Source of the DNA: Eutreptiella sp. 'Long Island Sound 2002'
Taxonomy: Eukaryota; Protista; Euglenida
Direction: 5' to 3'
DNA length: 64,000 nucleotides
NCBI GenBank assembly: GCA_964036045.1
Contig: OZ038378.1
Coordinates: 180,792,001 to 180,856,000, forward strand
In this document: positions 37,332 to 49,809 of the stretch, piece by piece
Numbering within the stretch: position 1 is the first letter of the stretch
Layout: every line of letters begins with the position of its first letter
Made by a program: the position numbers and the translations under genes
The notes under the pieces: model-generated
What the model was told of the DNA's origin: nothing
The model's database searches: none
What the model saw: the letters and a program-made list of their open reading frames with translations, nothing else

Positions 37332-37700
37332 TTCCCGGGGGGGGGGGGGTCGATAGAGCCCTCCGGCCGGACCCCCCCCCTCCCCCAAAAAGGGCTCAAT
37401 TGACAAGACCCCCAAAATCCAACCGAGTCTAACCCCAGGCCTTGGAGGTGACCCAAACCCAAAAATCTTGAAAAAAAGAAAATGGGATTTTTGGAATTAG
37501 CGCGTCGAGGGGGTTCACAAAAGTAATCATTTGCCATATATTTGGTGAAAAAAATTGACCAATTTTAGTGCGCAAAAAATTTTCGGCGCCTTTGGGACTT
37601 CATAATGACTGATGATTGGTGCCTATCAATTGAGCCCTCTTCCCAAACCCCCCCCCCCCCAGAGTTTTGGGGCCTCTATTGCCCCCCCCCCCCCCCGGAA
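37332..37700. mobile_element. MITE-like element with poly-G/poly-C terminal inverted repeats
   Basis: Left end TTCCC-G13-TCGATAGAGCCC; right end reverse-complements to TTCC-G15-CAATAGAGGCC. Internal inverted repeat AGGGCTCAATTGA at 37391-37403 and 37626-37638. Confidence 0.65.
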
Positions 37701-37753
37701 GTGAAAACCCGACATGCCCAGGCAACCGCTCCTAAGGGGGCGGGACCTAGCAT

Positions 37754-39075
37754 ATGACACCATGACACCATGACACCTGTGTGACATTCCGTCTGGTTGA
37801 TGTTCCTTTACGGGGCCCTAGACAGTCACCCGTTCTTCCCTTCGCATGTTGCGCCGGGTTGCTGCTTTCTGTTGGCCGCTGCGGCCGGTGCTCTTGCTGG
37901 TGTCGTTTCCGTGTTCGCAGAGCCCAGTAGTTGGTGTGCTGGGGCTGTGCTGAATGTGGCATGGTGTGCTGTTTGCACGTCAGCGGCCGTAGCCTGCCTC
38001 GCTGTGTTTCTGTGTGCGTGAGGCCCAGGTGCCCTGTTCCTCCATGCGCTGTCCCGGCCGTCCACCACATGTCCCTTTCCCCCTCACGGCTGGTCTGCTC
38101 CCAATGGGCTCCCGCTCCTGTTGCGCAAACAGCCCATCTGGGCTGCGGGAGACACCACCCACCTGATGCCGGTTGAGCAGGGGTTGCACCCGGTAGCGAC
38201 AGAGCTGGCTGGCCAGGCCATCCCCTTTATTGTCGCTGCCTCCCATGCGCACGCTCTCCCATCCCTCCACTCTGGTTCCCTGTTCCCGCTGTTCTGGTTG
38301 CCTCTCCTGCCTTGCTGTGCCCCTCCTCCTTGTCTGCTGTGCTCGCCCTTGTCCCTCCTGGTGTGGCTCCCGCGTTCTGTGTGTCTGTGTTGCTCCTCCC
38401 CCTGTCTGTTGGTGCTCCTGGGTGCCCGTGTCGCGCACCCCATCCTGTCCCACCCGCCTGCCCCCCTGTACCAGGATTTCACATCTCTGTACGGCGTGGA
38501 CTGTCCCATGCGCGGTTGGCTGGTCATGGCCCTGTTGCCACCCCCGTGGCAGGCACCTCCCGGCGCGTGGGGCACAGCCCCCGCCCTTGTGGAGTATGTG
38601 GGCGCCTTGCAGAGGGAGGGGGCGGGGGTGTTTGCTGATGGCTCGCTCGGCGTGCGCCGCATTTGGTGGTTGCTGCAGTGCTCGCACCTCATGGTTCCCT
38701 TGTGTATTGTTGTGTGTCCTGTTGGGGCTCGTCTCACTGCCATGTGTGGGGCGGCTCTGTGCCCAAATGCTTTGCTGCTTGCGTTCCTCCCAATTTCGGA
38801 CTCTTTCTTTTTCTGCTAGCACGCTCACTGCTGCTGGTGTGCGGCGCCGGGGGGGCAGCATGTCGCTCCCTGCCTCCCATTGTGGCTGGCGGGTTGTCCC
38901 ACTTGCAGTTGGGTGGTACCGGGGCACTAGGCACTTCTGCACATGTCTCCAAATCTACAAACTGACCTGTCACTGGTGTTTGTTGGGTTTGTTCTGGGGT
39001 AAATGTGGTGCATTGTTGCTCTTTTGCTTTCTGGGCTGCTGAGGGGCTCCCCGTTTGAGGACTTCACTCCGGGCT
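37754..39075 (-). mobile_element. ~1.3-kb dispersed element, copy 1, with (ATGACACC)3 terminal repeat
   Basis: Colinear with 57727-59122 from CCTGTGTGACATTCCGTCTGG to TTCACTCCGGGCT. Orientation inferred from the short tandem tail. Confidence 0.8.
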
Positions 39076-39560
39076 GTCCACGCCTCGGAGCTCGGGACTC
39101 GTGCGAGTCCACCCCTGGTTGGCCGTGTGTAGTGACCACCAATGGTTTGGACGCTGTGTGTCATAAGTGTGCCCAAGGCCCCTGCACTAGGCCCTGGTGA
39201 CAGAACTTAGCTTCTCGTGGGCAGTACATGTTTTAGGTCGCTGCCGAATGGACAACCGCGTAGCCGGCTGCCAACCCCCCGCAGGGGCGACCCCCTTACT
39301 TAGGTTTGGGTTGCCTTCCCCTCCCGGTGTGGTCGGGATGGTGATGGCTCCCGGGAGTGCATCAGGAGTGCACCCCCCACCCGCTGCTAAAAGATACACG
39401 TTGTGCGCAAATACTAAGAGTGTGTAGAGGCTACTCTTCATATGCAGTCTGCTTTGGTGCGCTGGTGCAAACCAAAGCACTCTGAAACTCTCAACGAAAC
39501 CCCAATTATGCAGGCTGCCGGCATCCACACAGCAATAGAGTGTGAGGCTAGGGCCCAGAC

Positions 39561-39918
39561 CTGCAGCACATTCAGCTTCCATCCAGAATCCCAATTGAAA
39601 TGTGGATCCGTCCACACGCTGATGAGCACGGCGTAGACCGTACCAGTGGTCGCACTGATGAAGCTCTGACCGTGGGTGGACTCCCCCCCCTCAGCCAGCT
39701 CTGCCCGGAGGGGCGTGCACTTGTCGGGGCTGACAGGGTTCCGGGGAATTGCGACGTCGTACTCGGTGTATGTGACGTGTGTTGCTGGAGTGCAGCACAC
39801 GTGGCCCATACGGGCACTGGGTGACCCGTTCGCGGGTTTCGCAGTGATCCACCATGAGTACTGCGTGGGCTTGTTGAGGCTTAGAGTGGGTTCACTGGAG
39901 GTAAAGGCAAGAGGATAT
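39561..39918 (-). CDS. Giant modular protein, exon B
   Basis: ACTGACAG|A (phase 2) to CTGCAG|GTCTGG (phase 0). Encodes YPLAFTSSEPTLSLNKPTQYSWWITAKP...WDSGWKLNVLQ. Confidence 0.8.
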
Positions 39919-41160
39919 CTGTCAGTTGGAGGCAGCAGTGGAGGGACCAGCAGGAATGCATTGAACCAAAAGCAGGTATCCCCCCCCCCCATGGGCCGAG
40001 ACTCCTAGCACTGCTCCCTCCTTTTCGTTAACTGCTACCTGCCAACGGGCCTGGGCATATGTAACTGACAGTAACCGCTCTGGAGCGTTTCTCCCAACTG
40101 CCTTCTTACCTCTCATGCCATACTGCCCGCTAAAATTGCCTATTGCAACTCGTGATTGTGGTGTGTGTGTGGGGGTGCGTGGTCTGCGGTGGGGAGTGTG
40201 AAGAAGTTCAACAGACTCTGTAGTAATTGTTCACTAGCCCTGTTGACCCAGGCCCCTGTGCCCCCCACCACCCACGCCCAATGTGCAGGGCCCCATGGAT
40301 GCCAACGCCAAACGAACATCACCATACGAAACGGGCCGTAAGATAAGAACCGGGAAAAACCACAGGCAAAACCGGAGAAATGGAAGGAATATACATTCGT
40401 TATATTTTTGGAAAAGAACTCCGAAAATAAAGTGCGGGTTGGGAATGACGCCAGCTGCGTCAAGACATGAACACACAAGGAACGGGAAAAAAGGTGGAGG
40501 CTACATATCCCCTATCCCCATTGCAAGAACAACGGTAAAAGCACTGATCTCAGTGCCCGGCCCACGTATGATGACCTGCACGCCTGGACAACCAAACGTG
40601 TGGCAACAAATGGCAGGGCAGTATCCCCAAAACACCATCCCCAGCCCCAAACCACAGAAAGAACTTGATTTTCACGGACAACCCGCAAACAGAACCACCA
40701 AATTCCATAGTTCCAGGAATTGCGGAAACAACACCTCGTGTTGTTCGGGTACGGGCGTAGTTGTCGCAAAAGGGGGGTGGGACATGTGGGAAAACCAGGA
40801 GCACGCAGCAAAACGCTGGCTAAACCCCTCCATGAGATGCCTCACCACTCATAAACTGCACGTTATCCGGTGTTAGTCACCCTCAACGGGGGCGGGGATT
40901 TCCTCCCTTTTTTTGCTTCTCAATCAATCACCCGCCAAGGCTACCTTGGTCGGGAATCGAACCCGTGAGGTGCCTACAATTATACACCTCCAACCACCGA
41001 ACTACGGCAGCAGCCCCAGATGGCTGGCGGTCGGCGGTTGGCGGTGAGCTGCCGGCGGTTGGTGAATAACTGTTGGCCCAAAGGACTGTCCCGCAGGACC
41101 GGTGCTGAGTGGACGATGGTGATCCGGGTCTGAACGGACAACCCTGCCCTTCGCAACGAC

Positions 41161-41621
41161 CTGAAGGCAAATGAGTGCGTCTGGCACATCGACCCGGTCT
41201 GGAGCAGCTGCAACGTCTGTGACGTGAAGGCCATGCCATGGAAAGCGAGAGTTAGCGTGTAGTTGAACAGCGCGGCCTCGGAGGCGGGTACCAGGGGCAC
41301 GTCGAGGGACACGAGCCGCACAGTTTGGTCGTCGATGCCCCAGAACCGCGCGCTGGCGGCCGCAGACCTGACGGGGACGGAGGTCGCATTCACATCCCGG
41401 TCGCAGCCCGGCGCCGCGACCCGGTGCGTGTACTGCACCCTGCCGTTGATGATCTGGACGGTGCTGGGGCCGTCGTGGATGCCGACGGTGAGGGTCTGGG
41501 GGTTGGGGATGGGCTTCAGATGGAACTGAATGTCCTCGGACACTGCCGAGGGCAGAGGGTTGCTCAGCAGGAGCACCGCCCCCGCCATGACTCTGGCGTG
41601 GAGGGCCCAACCACGGGCCAT
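41161..41621 (-). CDS. Giant modular protein, exon A (start, signal-peptide-like N-terminus)
   Basis: ATG at 41621 (alternative at 41588): MARGWALHARVMAGAVLLLSNPLPSAVS. Donor TTCAG|GTCGTT is phase 2 and joins exon B as an AGA (Arg) codon. Confidence 0.72.
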
Positions 41622-42554
41622 GACTGGCCTCAGGCGCACGAGAGCATTTCGCTGCGAACGGGGGACGAGGTGCTGCCGGTGGCTGTGGAGCCAAGTGCCG
41701 TAGGAGAAGAGCACCCATGCCTTGTCGTTTGGGGCTTCGCACCTGGTTTACTCTGTCCCAGGCGTCCCTCTAACCTCCCATTAGCCTGGGACAGGGCCAG
41801 TCGGTGGTGTCGCTGTACACGTGTTTGGTATAGCTGTGCGTGCACGATTCTTTGTGGTCCAAGCGTCCTCACAAAAGCATGCAAGCTTAGATATGTGTGA
41901 AAGCATGCCTTGTCGACGAGCCAAATATGGGAGCCTCCTGAGGCCGCAAAGCGTTGGTCCCCCCAACGGCACCAAGGAAGCGCCGTGTGTGAGGTTGGGT
42001 GCGGGCTGCAGTGAGCCTTTCTTGACTAGCTTCTGCAGGTCCAAGTGATAGGTGGTAGCGATTGAACCCCCCCCCCCCCTCTGATCTGTCCCGGCACTGA
42101 CCACAGACACAAACACAAACAATGCGGAGGCCCGGCACAAAGCAGCAGAACAACGGACTTTGAAATGTACTGCATTGGGGAGCCCTCACTCCACCCGGCA
42201 GCCGAAGCTGGCTTCTCCCCGCAGACACAACACACAGTTGGTCCCCGACACTGTCACTGCGGGTTTCAACCAAAGTTTATTCCTAAAGTTTGGTTTGCTT
42301 TGTGAGTTGGAGCTCGAGCCCTCGGTCTTACAGAGGCAGTTTTAATTGATGCATTTTGCCCGGGTGGAAGGGGGCACTGTGTGTATTTGTGTCGGGCTCA
42401 ACTGGGCCCTGGCCAACACACTTCTCCATGGGTCTCCTACAGGCCAGGCTGTCCAGGAGGCGTACCTCATCCTTTCCTGCTCGGGGTCCACAGCACAGGC
42501 TTCACGCCTGGGACGGCCTGGTCCTCCTTGGGATCCACAAAAATAACGGATGTA

Positions 42555-43411
42555 ATCATTTTTGGCTTTGGTAAAATTTCATTTTTTGTCACTATGAATT
42601 CTGGGTCCTGGTGGGGTAATGGGGTCCAGGGGGATGAGAGGGTCCCTCCTCCTTTGGTTGTCAGCCGGTCTAATACATGCCGGGGGGGGAGGGGGATGTA
42701 GTACGATGAAACCACTTTGATTTGCAGCGAGACTCAGGCGTTCCTTGTCATCCTTGGCCATGCAGCTAAGGCAATAGCACCATCCTTTGTGCAAAGCTCT
42801 GCTCAAAATTCCTGAACCCATCGCTGCCTAAGGTCTGGTGCACTGAAATTTCTGCACCGTGCACCATGTGAACACTGCGTCCAATGGCCCCCAGAAACTC
42901 AAATGGCAAATTGCAGGCCCGAATACGACAACAGCATTGGGACCCAGGGATCATACTCTCTAACAATGGGCTACAAATGAATGCAAACGTGGGCTGTAGC
43001 AGCAAAGCATGCCGTAGGAGTTGGGAGTGTAGAGGGAGTACCTTCACGTGGGTGCAATGGTTTCCACTCGCACCTCCTCCTCCCCAACCCCTTTTACGTG
43101 ACCTTTATGGTCCGCCGCCCCTGTCCAAAGCTTACGCCATGAAGCACTGTCTTCACCAGTGGCCTGCCCCCCAAACCAAAGGATGGTGCTATTGCCTTGG
43201 CTGCATGGCCAAGGATGACAAGGAACGCCTGAGTCTCGCTGCAAATCAAAGTGGTTTCATCGTACTACATCCCCCTCCCCCCCCGGCATGTATTAGACCG
43301 GCTGACAACCAAAGGAGGAGGGACCCTCTCATCCCCCTGGACCCCATTACCCCACCAGGACCCAGAATTCATAGTGACAAAAAATGCAATTTTACCAAAG
43401 CCAAAAATGAT
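42555..43411. repeat. Long inverted repeat: 235-bp arms, 387-bp spacer
   Basis: 42555-42789 is the reverse complement of 43177-43411, with one mismatch found; even the G8/G5 runs match. Confidence 0.95.
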
Positions 43412-45121
43412 GAGGGCCATTTTTGGTGAACACACTGTTGGGTTCCAGGATCACCCCCTCCACTTTCCTCTCTTCAACAACATCATTGACAATACATGTA
43501 TTGCGGCGAAGTATGCCCTGCTGTATCAGGGCCAACACACAACCAAGTAGGATGCTTGTGGCTACTGGGGCCACACGCATGCGGTGTGGACTGCAAAATG
43601 ATAGAAATGGGGTGGTCTCGGGCCACGAAGCACAGCAACGGCGGGTCGAGGATCGCATCAGTCAGTGCACTCAATGTTGAGCAGGAATCTTTGGGCTGTT
43701 ACATAGCGTTGAACGAGTCATGCCAGCAGACATCCGGTTGGTATATATAAGCTTCCGATGAAAGGCTGTGTCGTGATGGCATGCAAGGATGGATCGTGTC
43801 GTTTCACGTTTACGACCACCAACCAAAAATCTGCGGACCTCACCTGAGACAATCGACCAGACATTGGCACCTTTCAAGATTTTGGCCAAAAGTGCAAAGA
43901 AATTTGGAGACATTATTTCACAACAAAGGAATCCAAGCGAAATGGCTCCGCAGCTCTCTGCTGAGGTTTCTTCAAGGGACCGCGTTTCCCTTTTTTCTTT
44001 ACTGAGGAAAGTCCGAGAACGCCACCAGCGGTCAATCGCTAACCGCCCGCGGTTAGTTGCCACGTGCTGGCGATTGATCCCCAACCACCGACGATTAAAG
44101 CGCCAACCTCCGAAAATTGGTGGTCACCTGATGACCAGTCGACGGTTGTTGGCAGATGTCTCAAGAATTTCTGTGATAAAACAGCAGATTTTGGTACGCC
44201 CGCTGCTTTGCCATTTAATTTCTCCTTCGGATCCTTCCGGCCCACTTAAAGGGAGTGGTACCAGTTTTGGGCTGCGAAGTGATGGGACATGTTGTGTTCT
44301 TTGCATTGGGGACATCTTAGATCACTGTCCTACGTACCTCTCCCACAGACCTCTTTGCGAAAGGCGGCCAGGACCAGCCCGGGTCCTTGACCGGCTGCTG
44401 ATCATTCTTGTGGCTGTTCATGTGCTTGTGTCTGTTTGCTGAGTACACAAGCCCACACGTTGCACACCCGTGCGTGACCTTGCCGGGGGGCAGTATGCAG
44501 GTGCAGCCAGAAAGGACCGTTGGGCCACACGGCGAGACTTTGGCTGCGTTGAGGAGATTGCGTTGCATTGTTTCGTGGTGTTTTATGGGTCGCCCGATGC
44601 CATGGTCCGGAATACCCGTCGCATCGTGCCATGGTCACTCATATATATGTCGACAGCGCAGCCATTGTAACAGTCTCCTGGTAGTTGTGCTGTGTGCGTT
44701 GTTAATTGTCTTTCTGATTCGGTGGAGTGTGTATTGTTGTCGTCTTGTTTTATCTCTCATCATTTGCAGGTCGCATTGCAGCAAAATTCCGTTCCGCAGG
44801 CTATGCCAAACACTCCCCACCATTCGCCCCATCCAGGGCCCACTGGGGACATTCGCACTGCACATTGGGGGCTGTGCTACTGAAAAGCGCTCCACAAAAA
44901 TCGACAAAATGCATAGGAACCGCCCGCAATCCACCGCAAAGCGCTACTTTCGAGCCCAACGTTCGCAAACCCGACCACAATGTCCCGCGGCGGCAGTTCC
45001 TACATACAACAGAGGACACTTGCGACCGAGCACCGGCCCTGGCATGCGGGGGCGCGATGGGGGGCATCAATGGACTGAATGCTCGCGCCCCCGTGAAACA
45101 CTGTCCCGGCTCTCAGGACCG

Positions 45122-45652
45122 TCACCACGAGTAGCTCTCATCGGCTGTCGTGAAGGTCACCGCCATCCGCTGCGACGGCGCTGCACATGACCTCCCATTC
45201 AGCCCGCCCCAATTGTTGTTCCCAATGCACGGGCGAACGACAACCGCGTCCTCCAAATGGCACTCGCAGATATCAGTCGGGGAGCCGACAGGACGGACCA
45301 GCAGTTCCACAGAATCAGTCCAACACCTGCCCACCGCCCAAACCTGCGATTCACATTCCACGACAACTGTCTCGCCGTCGCCAGAGGCCTCTTCCGTATG
45401 CAAAGCTTGGGCGATATGAGAAGCCTTCACCACGTCTTCACAGTTGGCGTATACGGTGGTTCCATCACTGACCTCCACTGAGCCCATGGTCGGGGGAATC
45501 GCACTAATGAAACTTCGCCATGCAGTGCAAACATCTGCAGCAGGTGACTTGCCTCCCACAAACGTCTCGTCGAACTCCAAAGTATTGGCGCGGCATCCAC
45601 ACGCAAACAGCAGCCAGAGTGCATAGAGCAGGAACACTGGCTGTCCACTCAT
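45122..45652 (-). CDS. Secreted Cys-containing protein of unknown function, 176 aa, probably single exon
   Basis: Signal-peptide-like MSGQPVFLLYALWLLFACGCRA, then a compact domain ending C.C...VRPCIGNNNWGGLNGRSCAAPSQRMAVTF; TGA at 45124-45122. Confidence 0.75.
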   Translation of the reverse strand: MSGQPVFLLYALWLLFACGCRANTLEFDETFVGGKSPAADVCTAWRSFISAIPPTMGSVEVSDGTTVYANCEDVVKASHIAQALHTEEASGDGETVVVECESQVWAVGRCWTDSVELLVRPVGSPTDICECHLEDAVVVRPCIGNNNWGGLNGRSCAAPSQRMAVTFTTADESYSW

Positions 45653-48600
45653 GCTGGCGGCGCGCTGGCAAAGGCAAAGCACAATGCGACAGCGATGTGG
45701 TGGTGTGTGTTAAGGGGGGGGGGGGGGGGGTCGCCATTCACTGAAACAGTTGGTTTCAACCAGAATGTTCCTTTTTGGCTGCACCACCCACCACATGGTA
45801 CAGCTCATGCTGCCGCTGCGCCGAACGTTGCCTTGAGTTCGCCCGGCTCGGCTATTGGATGTTTCCTTGTCAGTAGTGAGCTCAGAATTCTTAGGGCCGG
45901 CGGTCCATTGCAACTCTGGGAGGGGGGGCCTTCAAGCCGGTGTGAATTAGACGGGGGGGGGGGTCCGGCAAACAGGCTCGAATGGCCAGACCTTAGTTTT
46001 TCCATTGGCATTGGTTCAGAACAGATTTTTGGAATACATGGGGGTGAACCAGATTTGCCTAAATTTTGTGTCAATCACTTTTTGGAACAATGTCGGACGT
46101 GCTGTGATGCTTTTGGTGGGCCCAGCCTTTGGAGCCCAATGAGAGAGGGGGGGGGGGCGTTTCAGAGACAGGCTCAGAACGCAGCCCTCTGCAGAGTTGC
46201 AATGGGTTGCAGGCCCAGTCCGAACCCATCTCGTTGTCTAAGCAACGGCAAAGAATACCAGAGATCAAACGCTGGTGTTGTCAATACTGGTGATGCATGG
46301 TAGTTCCTTGACCCACAGTGGTGGGGCCAAACATGCCCCAAACAACATCAGACCTAAATCCGCTTGCCTGATACAACTGCGCCATCCTGGCCAACTTTTG
46401 GCCTGCCACACAGGATCAGGGGATTGGGAGTGGGAGGCAGCCGAAGAATTGACCCCAACACCCCAAAATTGAGACTTCAAAACTTGATGAATTTCCAGTC
46501 ACCTAGGCCAAGAGGTCATTTCACGGCACAGAGGCCAGCCTGGACATGCAGGGTTCAGGGGAAGGGAAGGTGTGGCAGACAAACAGATCACCACTGCATA
46601 ACCTCAACGTCACGGGGGCGTTCTAGTGTAGGGTCTGGAATGGGGCATGGTGATTTGTCTCCAAGCATCTGCACACCGGACATTTGGAGTCACCTGTCCA
46701 AGAGGACAGTCGCTCTGCTACCTTAACCTTATGCTGGAGCAACCGATAGGCATAGAATGGGCATGCAAAGGGGGGGGTGCTCCACGTGGGTGTGGACGCC
46801 ACGTGGATAGGGCAGCCACCACCTTTTCCTTCCTCAACCACCACCTTCAGCACAGAACTGCCTGGACAAAAATGGTGTTTTGGCATGAGGGTCCGATGCT
46901 GCCTCGAGCTGGGGTGTCTTCATTCGTTCTTTGGTGACGTCCCTTGTTGACAATAACATCAGCCATCCGGAGTACACTAGGAAACAACAGCAAGGGACCT
47001 TGTACCAAAATTTTCCTTCATCGCTAAGGAGTAGTTCCCCCCCTCCCCCGCCCCTAAACTGGGTAAACTGCCCCCCCCCCCCCCCAAAGACAACCTGCCT
47101 CAAATTATTCCCCTCATCGTACCAAACAAACTTTTGAAATTTGCGCAACCGTCATTTTTGCGTCCGAGCCTTGCCAATAAATAGTTTTTTTTCGATTCCT
47201 ATCAGATTTGTGCACCCCAACACTGGAAAAACGACACTCGAGGGAAGGAAAATAATCTTTTTTTGCGGTTGTTTTGGCTTTTGTGTATATGGCTGTTCAA
47301 TCCTGGTTGATTCTGGATGCCCGTTGTCACTGCCTTGCGGGGTTCAGATTGCAGTCCACTACTACACATGCACATGCACATGGCCTTGTCAGAAGGTGCA
47401 GGAGGGATGACTGCCGTTGGGACGTGCTGTAGGGACAAAATGTACCTTGATTGAACTGACTCCTCTATTGGGTTGTGTGTACACCATGTAGCACAGAATC
47501 AATTTTTTTTTGCGATTAACTAGATCCTTTTACGATGATGGGGCTATAATCAATCAAAATTATGGGAGTTTTTTCATTTTTGCGTTGGCCAGAATTTCGA
47601 TGCATGCCATCCTCTGAATGAATTAGCCTTGAAATTCCTAAAGTTTGTACGGTATGCAATTTGTAAAAAAAATATTCTTGGACCCACTATTGTCGTTTTT
47701 CCATGTTTGGGTATACAAACATGCCAGAAATCGCAAAAAAAAAGAGTATCGGTGGGGCCTGGACGCAACAATGACAATGCTGCAAATTCTTCCAATTTTC
47801 ATGGTAGTGTTGCATTGCATCACAATTTCATGATTTTGAATGCATTTGTACGGTGGGGATCATTTGCTGCACCTCCAAGTGTGGGTTAGGTCCATGTGAA
47901 GGGTGTATTCAAACACGAAAAAGAAATTGTAGAAACCCATTGAAGTACCAATCTATTCTGAAACATAACACAATACGAAACGACCGCATTATGGGACTGG
48001 GCACCTTGTGAGACACCAATGCAAAATGCGAAACGCCACAAAATGATTGCCCCTATCACTGAAATTTGGTTGACATACCTCGAATTCGAATTTCGCCAAC
48101 GTAGAATGAATTCGCCCGAAGACTGAGGCCCTATCTTACAATGCACCCAATTGTACTGCACAATCAAGGTGCCTGGTTGGCCTGCCAAGTCAGTACAACG
48201 AGAACAACACTGGTTGACGATTGCAAACAATGTGACAATGTATGGCCATGTATTTCCTGCTCCTTGCATTTGTGAGTGCCACCGTACGCCAGGATTTCTT
48301 CATAATAGTAGAGACAAATTGTGTGCAACAGCACTTCAAGACTGGTTCCCTCGAACCTTCAGCAATGCAAAGAAAACAGATTCTGTCCCATTACGCTGCC
48401 CTAAAGAGAAAATGCCATTGCAAAGCAGCAGGCACACAACACCTCCCAATTTTTTCAAAGAATACCATGGGACAACTGCCAACAACCGTCAAATAGTCGT
48501 CAGTTGAACAATAACCGTCGGACTCTGGCGCTTAATCGCCAACAGCGGTCCTGGGCCTTCCTTCAGCTATTCCAAACATCACCTGTCTCATCTGGAAAAC

Positions 48601-49809
48601 CCCTGCGCCCTGCCTGCAACCCAACACTCAAAACTACCGCACTCCGTGTGGCCAACATTGGGAAGTTTCAAACCTTGTCCCCTGAGCCCCTTCTCCTCCC
48701 CCCCCAACCCAAAAAAAGGTTTGCAAAATGCGGCGAGACCTCCCCAAGGAAAGAACACACCGCCTCATTCAGCAGAGTAGCAGGGGTATTACCCAAATAT
48801 GCCTCTACGGCAGTTGTTTGGAATTGGGTTGGCGCTTGGGGTGACGTAGTTACGAGTGCAGTGCTTGTGCCAGGGGACGAGGGGGGTGCATTTGCAGGGT
48901 GGGGTAGGATCCACTGTACATTAATTGCAAAGCATCCTCCTGAATATGAAAATTGTTTTGGTACCAATGAGTATTGTCCCGAGAACCCTGTTTTTCAGCT
49001 GACTTAGAGTGCAGGGGGAAGGGGGTGGGAGGGGGTCGGGGGGGGGGGGAGGGTGCCGTGACGAAAGATAAAACAAGCCCCACCCCCCAACAGGGGCTCT
49101 CACAGCAGCGCCCCAAAACCAGCCTGAAAGGGCCCGGAATGGGGATTCAAAGACGGGCGGCCTGGGTATCAACATGAATCAAAATGATCCCCACGACACT
49201 GTGCTCAATGTGAGGTAAATATCATGGGGGAGAAAATGTTTCGAGCAAAATTCCCTCGGGGCCACTTTTCGGCCCATTTTCAAGCAAACGCCAGCCTTCA
49301 GGACTACCCATTTACGAAGGCCACTCAGAAACGCTTGCTCTGGGCACAACAAGGACGCAGCACGAGGCATCTGCGTCCAGCGCACGACTCGGTAAGATCC
49401 AGCTCCTCCTGATCCGACTTGACAGACGCTGGTCGCCAGTCTGGCCCATCCTCTTCAGCAATAGAGGTATCCAGCCCCAATTGGGACGCTTGAGCACCAC
49501 AAACCCACCCCCACACACTAACAGACCCAGAGGAGCACATGATAACATCCCAGCGCTGCCCAGGACACTTTTGCATCCAAAATTTTTTTTTTCTAACCGT
49601 CCGGTACTCAGCCCGTAATTGGGCACAAAGAGAGAACGCAACGGCCTCTTTATTTGGCATCAAGCGAAGGCTAATGGCGGCTTGAGCCAACTGACGGCGG
49701 TTGTGGGCCACCCGACGGCGGCTGTGGGCCAACCGGGGGCGGTTGGACTGGACGTTTTTGAACAAAAAAAATCCAATGAACTAAAACACAGGGTCTGGCT
49801 CGAACGAAC

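Noticed and set aside
37980-39042. ORFs of 219-360 aa in the duplicated element (also 58122-59204)
   Set aside because: Low-complexity translations; frames and stops are not conserved between the two copies.
44120-44170. Hammerhead ribozyme at CTGATGA (also 37609 and 39654)
   Set aside because: No correctly placed GAAA core or flanking stems were found.
47886-48967. Extra exons in ORFs 47886-48269 and 48668-48967
   Set aside because: No phase-compatible junction chain to neighbouring genes and no motif support.
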